Below, in pieces: positions 59,659 through 62,900 of a DNA stretch of 62,900 nt. The DNA comes from Candidatus Omnitrophota bacterium (GTDB lineage: Bacteria > Omnitrophota > Gorgyraeia > 2-01-FULL-45-10): contig CAIMPC010000019.1 in NCBI GenBank assembly GCA_903843285.1, positions 1 through 62,900 of the forward strand, read 5' to 3'. Position 1 is the first letter of the stretch. The number at the start of each line of letters is the position of its first letter. Below the pieces are notes generated by a model that searched no databases, was not told the origin of the DNA, and worked only from the letters and a program-made list of their open reading frames with translations. The position numbers were made by a program, and so were the translations under genes.

Positions 59659-60864
59659 ATGCCGGCTTCAATTCAGATAATATTGCCGAAATGCACAGGA
59701 TGCACGCTTTGTGTTAGGACGTGTCCGTTTGGCGCTATATCGATGGCCAATAAAAAGGCCGTCATTGATATGGCTAAGTGCACATTATGCGGCGCTTGTG
59801 TCACTGCCTGTAAATTTAGTGCCATAGAGCTTAAAAAAGATACCGCTCCCTCGACTAAAGACCTCAAATCCTATAAAGACGTATGGGTCTTCTGCGAACA
59901 GAAGAACGGTGTGATCCAGACAATAGCGTTTGAGTTACTCGGCGAAGGTAGAAAACTAGCCAAAAAACTCGGTGTTAAGTTATGCGCTGTCATACTTGGT
60001 CATGACATAGAATCCAAGATAGAAGAGCTTTCCCATAGAGGGGCCGATAAGATTTACCTGGTCGATCATCCTGCGCTTAAGAATTATCAGGACGATCCCT
60101 ACACGAAGGTAATTGTAAAATTAGTTGAGGAGTACAAGCCGGAGATAATTCTCTGCGGAGCCACAGTTATAGGCAGAAGCCTCGTAGCGAGAGTTGCGAT
60201 AAAGATGGACGCCGGGCTTACCGCGGATTGTACAGGACTCGATATCGACGAGAAAGATAGACTGCTTCTTCAGACTCGCCCTGCGTTTGGCGGTAATATC
60301 ATGGCCACCATCATCACTCCAAATCATCGGCCGCAGATGGCTACGGTCAGGCATAAGGTGATGAAAGAGGCCGAGATCCACAAAGGCCATAAGGCTGAGG
60401 TTGTGCGTAAAAATTATTCAGCCGATATATTTAGTTCGAGAACTTCTTTAATAGATATAGTAACCGAGATAGAAGAGACAGTTAATCTCGCAGAGGCCGA
60501 TATAATCGTATCGGGAGGACGCGGTTTGGGGAGCGCTGAAAATTTTGCGATGATAAAAGAACTCGCAAAAGTTTTAGGAGGAGCTGTAGGGTCCTCCAGA
60601 TCTGCTGTCGATGCTGGCTGGATACCATATTCGCATCAGGTCGGCCAGACAGGCAAGACGGTTTGCCCAAAACTTTACATAGCATGCGGTATAAGCGGTC
60701 AGATACAGCATCTAATAGGAATGCAATCCTCGAAGGTGATAGTGGCTATTAATAAAGATCCCGACGCATCTATCTTCAAAGTTGCCACGTACGGAATAGT
60801 TGGTGATATATTCGAAATAGTTCCCGCGCTTACCAAAGAATTTAAGAAGGCATTACAGAAATAG
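59659..60864 (+). CDS. etfA: Electron transfer flavoprotein alpha subunit with an N-terminal 2x[4Fe-4S] ferredoxin-like domain
   Basis: 401 aa. Two cluster motifs, CTGCTLCVRTCP and CTLCGACVTAC, occur in the first ~55 aa. The EtfA core follows (SGGRGLGS, VGQTGKTVCPKLYIACGISGQIQH). Confidence 0.9.
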   Translation: MPASIQIILPKCTGCTLCVRTCPFGAISMANKKAVIDMAKCTLCGACVTACKFSAIELKKDTAPSTKDLKSYKDVWVFCEQKNGVIQTIAFELLGEGRKLAKKLGVKLCAVILGHDIESKIEELSHRGADKIYLVDHPALKNYQDDPYTKVIVKLVEEYKPEIILCGATVIGRSLVARVAIKMDAGLTADCTGLDIDEKDRLLLQTRPAFGGNIMATIITPNHRPQMATVRHKVMKEAEIHKGHKAEVVRKNYSADIFSSRTSLIDIVTEIEETVNLAEADIIVSGGRGLGSAENFAMIKELAKVLGGAVGSSRSAVDAGWIPYSHQVGQTGKTVCPKLYIACGISGQIQHLIGMQSSKVIVAINKDPDASIFKVATYGIVGDIFEIVPALTKEFKKALQK

Positions 60865-60924
60865 TTGTTCCGCCGCCGATTGAAATTTAATAATAGTTTA
60901 GCCAAGAGAAGGAAGTTTTCTTCT

Positions 60925-61006
60925 GTCATCCTGAGGAGCGAAGCGACGAAGGATCAGATTCTTCGTCGGGCTAAAGCCCTCATCAGAATGACGCGCCCGA
61001 TATAAG
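60925..61006 (-). mobile_element. MITE/REP-like nested-palindrome element, copy E
   Basis: Sequence: gtcatcctgaggagcgaagcgacgaaggatcagattcttcgtcgggctaaagccctcatcagaatgacgcgcccgatataag. The block agattcttcgtNgggctaaagccct...agaatgacgc matches copy B closely. A possible flanking AAGTTTT lies at 60913-60919 and 61020-61026. Confidence 0.7.
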
Positions 61007-61036
61007 TTAAGATATAAAAAAGTTTTAAATATTCTA

Positions 61037-61065
61037 TTGACGCTATATAATATATATGATACATT
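61037..61065 (+). promoter_or_regulatory. Candidate promoter for the terminal repeat-protein gene
   Basis: TTGACG (61037-61042), 17-nt spacer, TGaTACATT extended -10 (61057-61065), in a very AT-rich tract. Confidence 0.4.
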
Positions 61066-61139
61066 TATACTGTGGGCAGAGAATTTTTTTTATAAACATA
61101 ATGTCGGTATTAAAAAAGTTTTTAAAAAGGTAGAATTCA

Positions 61140-62900
61140 ATGATTGAATACTACGCAAGTAAAAGATTCTCGACTAGAGTGATCGCCAGTTTACTGGTGG
61201 TGTCATTTTTATGGTATGACATCGCCTGGGCCGGCGATCTTTTTCATTATAATGCTTTAGGGTCTAATAATGTCAACGCTGTGTCCGCAAAAAATGCAGT
61301 AGAAGTTACTAACTACGATCTGCTTACCAAGAATAAAACCGGTTCCACAAGCCTCCTGCCTGACACTAAAGATAGAGAGCAATCCAATAAATTCGCTCCC
61401 GCTTACATCCAGGATCAACAGCAAAAACACGAGAGTATTGTTGGCCAAAAGCAGAATGCGGAAGATCTGGTTAATAGTCTGGATGAAGATCTTAAGCGTA
61501 AACTTGCCAGAAAAGCAGAAGACGATGTGGAGCTCAAGAAGAAGAAATCGCACGGCGATGATGGACGACGAAAGGGGGAGAAACTACCCGATTATACTCT
61601 GACCGATTTTGATGAGCAGAACAACCCTACGACTTTAAACGTTTATGAGAAAGGAGATAACGGCGAGCTAAAGAGCATAACAAGCTACGATATCGAGGGC
61701 ATGGATACGTCTAAGTGGACCGTAGGCACAAAAGATATCGGAAAGGACGGAGAGAAGGTGCTTGCCTCTTACGACAAGGTAGCGGATACCGCCGGGCTCG
61801 AGGAAGAGAACATAATGGAAAAGATTATGTACACCGGACAGTCCGGGAGCGAGAAGATTGATTATATTTTATCCAGCTACGATGGCCGTGATGCGACGGA
61901 AATAGCCATGTATTCGTACGACGGATCCGGTGCGCTCAGAGAGACTAAATCATACGATATTGAAGGCCCCACTTCGAAATTCGAACAGAAGAAAAAAGGT
62001 GAATGGGCAGGGTCTCTTACGGATAATAAATTGGTATCCTCCAGCCTTTATGAAGGATCTCTGGCTAAGGAGCATATAAGCCAGAAGTTTAATTATACTA
62101 ACTTCGAGGTTGTGGAGCGCACGGACTATATTTACGTTAATAATTCCCTCACCAATACGTTCACGTTCGATACTTCAGAGACAGTCGGTGACAGGAAGGT
62201 GAAGCTTACAGATCTGAATAATAGCGGCACGATCGATGCCTCGGATGCCATAATAGCCGGCAATGGCACATTCGATGAGTCTCAATTTACGGGCGCGACC
62301 GGCAAAGAGAGGATATCGCAGGCGTTTACATATCAGGACGGTGAGGTGGTAGATAGGCAGGACTACATCTACACCAACAATCGACTGACTGATGTTTTCA
62401 GATTTGATACATCCGAGGTCGTCGGTGACAGGAAGGTGAAGCTGGCGGACCTGAGCGGGGATGGCAATATTAATGCCGAAGACGCTAAGATCCTATCCGG
62501 CGGCACATTCGATGAATCCAGATTTACAGGAGCGAAAAACAAAGAGAAGATATCGCAATCGTTCTCGTATACAGATAACGAATTAGACTCAAGAAAAGAT
62601 TATGCCTATGCCGGTAGGAAGCTAAGAGACGTCTATACCTTTGACCTTTCAGATGTTACCACGGAGGCCCAGAGGAGGGCTAAATCAATCATAGGCCGTA
62701 ACGCCGATGGCACAATAAACTTCGATCCTTCGGTCTCGGTCTTCTTCGGCATTCTCGACAGTGAGGATACATTCACCGGTCCTGCCGGAAAAGAGAAGAT
62801 CTCCCATTCCTTCTCATACATCGATAATGTAATCGACTCAAGGAAAGATTACTCATATACAGGCAAGGCCTTAACAAATGTCTACACATTCGATCTCTCA
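61140..62900 (+). CDS. 5' part (587 codons, no stop before the window end) of a secreted repeat protein with YD/RHS-like strands and dockerin/EF-hand-like calcium-loop motifs
   Basis: Not in the ORF track because it is open at the 3' end. My translation from ATG 61140 runs without a stop to nt 62900. The signal peptide is ...RVIASLLVVSFLWYDIAWA/GD. A charged coiled region follows, then SYD/YSYD-type repeats, then ~79-83 aa modules beginning K-E-[HRK]-I-S-[QH] at nt 62067, 62304, 62541 and 62790. These modules contain DYIY(T/V)NN.L(T)..F.FDTSE.VGDRKVKL.DL(N/S)..G.I(D/N)A.DA...G.FDES.FTG. Confidence 0.8.
   Translation, partial: MIEYYASKRFSTRVIASLLVVSFLWYDIAWAGDLFHYNALGSNNVNAVSAKNAVEVTNYDLLTKNKTGSTSLLPDTKDREQSNKFAPAYIQDQQQKHESIVGQKQNAEDLVNSLDEDLKRKLARKAEDDVELKKKKSHGDDGRRKGEKLPDYTLTDFDEQNNPTTLNVYEKGDNGELKSITSYDIEGMDTSKWTVGTKDIGKDGEKVLASYDKVADTAGLEEENIMEKIMYTGQSGSEKIDYILSSYDGRDATEIAMYSYDGSGALRETKSYDIEGPTSKFEQKKKGEWAGSLTDNKLVSSSLYEGSLAKEHISQKFNYTNFEVVERTDYIYVNNSLTNTFTFDTSETVGDRKVKLTDLNNSGTIDASDAIIAGNGTFDESQFTGATGKERISQAFTYQDGEVVDRQDYIYTNNRLTDVFRFDTSEVVGDRKVKLADLSGDGNINAEDAKILSGGTFDESRFTGAKNKEKISQSFSYTDNELDSRKDYAYAGRKLRDVYTFDLSDVTTEAQRRAKSIIGRNADGTINFDPSVSVFFGILDSEDTFTGPAGKEKISHSFSYIDNVIDSRKDYSYTGKALTNVYTFDLS
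62067..62900 (+). repeat. Tandem 237-249 bp coding repeats within the terminal ORF
   Basis: Unit starts are spaced 237, 237 and 249 nt apart. The shared DNA string gtcggtgacaggaaggtgaagct occurs at ~62186 and ~62419. Confidence 0.85.

Noticed and set aside
21587-61006. Possibility that the five GTCATYCTGA-type repeats form a CRISPR array or encode peptides
   Set aside because: The copies are 10-17 kb apart, in mixed orientation, of unequal length and internally palindromic. No regular repeat-spacer structure and no cas genes are present. The ORFs through them are artefacts of the palindromes.

Overview
Bacterial chromosomal segment of about 63 kb. Every gene I can support (58 CDS plus one tRNA) is on the + strand. 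All minus-strand track ORFs lie antisense to clearly recognisable genes and look like shadow ORFs.

Gene order:
1. A 1642-aa giant protein with HEAT-like tandem repeats, a GT9 heptosyltransferase-like domain and an HExxH motif.
2. LPS genes: an lpxL-family acyltransferase, a fused LptC/LptA-like lipoprotein, and lptB.
3. tig-clpP.
4. A class V aminotransferase, serA, a homocitrate-synthase-family gene, a secreted unknown protein, and purA.
5. hppA-uppS-cdsA-dxr-rseP, then ispG-proS.
6. rplM-rpsI.
7. A contiguous 12-gene argCJBDFGH-lysA-dapF-dapA-dapB-dapL block.
8. folK-panC, then nadA-nadX-ttcA-like.
9. A small internally duplicated basic protein, uvrA, and a TPR protein followed by exbB/tolQ, exbD/tolR and a short TonB/TolA-like anchor.
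10. Three small unknown genes (membrane zinc ribbon, wHTH, unknown), cutA, and tRNA-Ala(CGC).
11. A signal-peptide-bearing Memo-AMMECR1 fusion, rsmE, mtaB-like, and GT2.
12. fabG-acpP-fabF, then acyl-CoA dehydrogenase-etfB-etfA, where EtfA carries a 2x[4Fe-4S] domain.
13. The first 1.76 kb of a secreted YD-like/dockerin-like repeat protein that runs off the window. It is absent from the ORF track because it has no stop.

Non-coding features:
- Five copies of a nested-palindrome MITE/REP-like element sit at operon boundaries. One copy is flanked by a perfect 14-bp direct repeat that reconstructs a tight panC-nadA junction.
- A second short family of CCWGG-centred palindromes occurs at two loci.
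- There are several near-consensus sigma70-type promoters and one clear intrinsic terminator.

I saw no rRNA, CRISPR array, transposase, integrase or recognisable defence genes. The gene content (LPS/Lpt, Exb/Tol, membrane PPase, DapL, NadX, ferredoxin-domain Etf) suggests a diderm, probably anaerobic, uncultured-type lineage. An Omnitrophota-like origin is only a weak guess.

The best leads for novelty are the two large repeat proteins at the window ends, the repeat-element family, the small three-gene cluster at 49.7-50.5 kb, the duplicated basic mini-protein, and the exported Memo-AMMECR1 fusion. I cannot demonstrate a new multi-gene system from the sequence alone.
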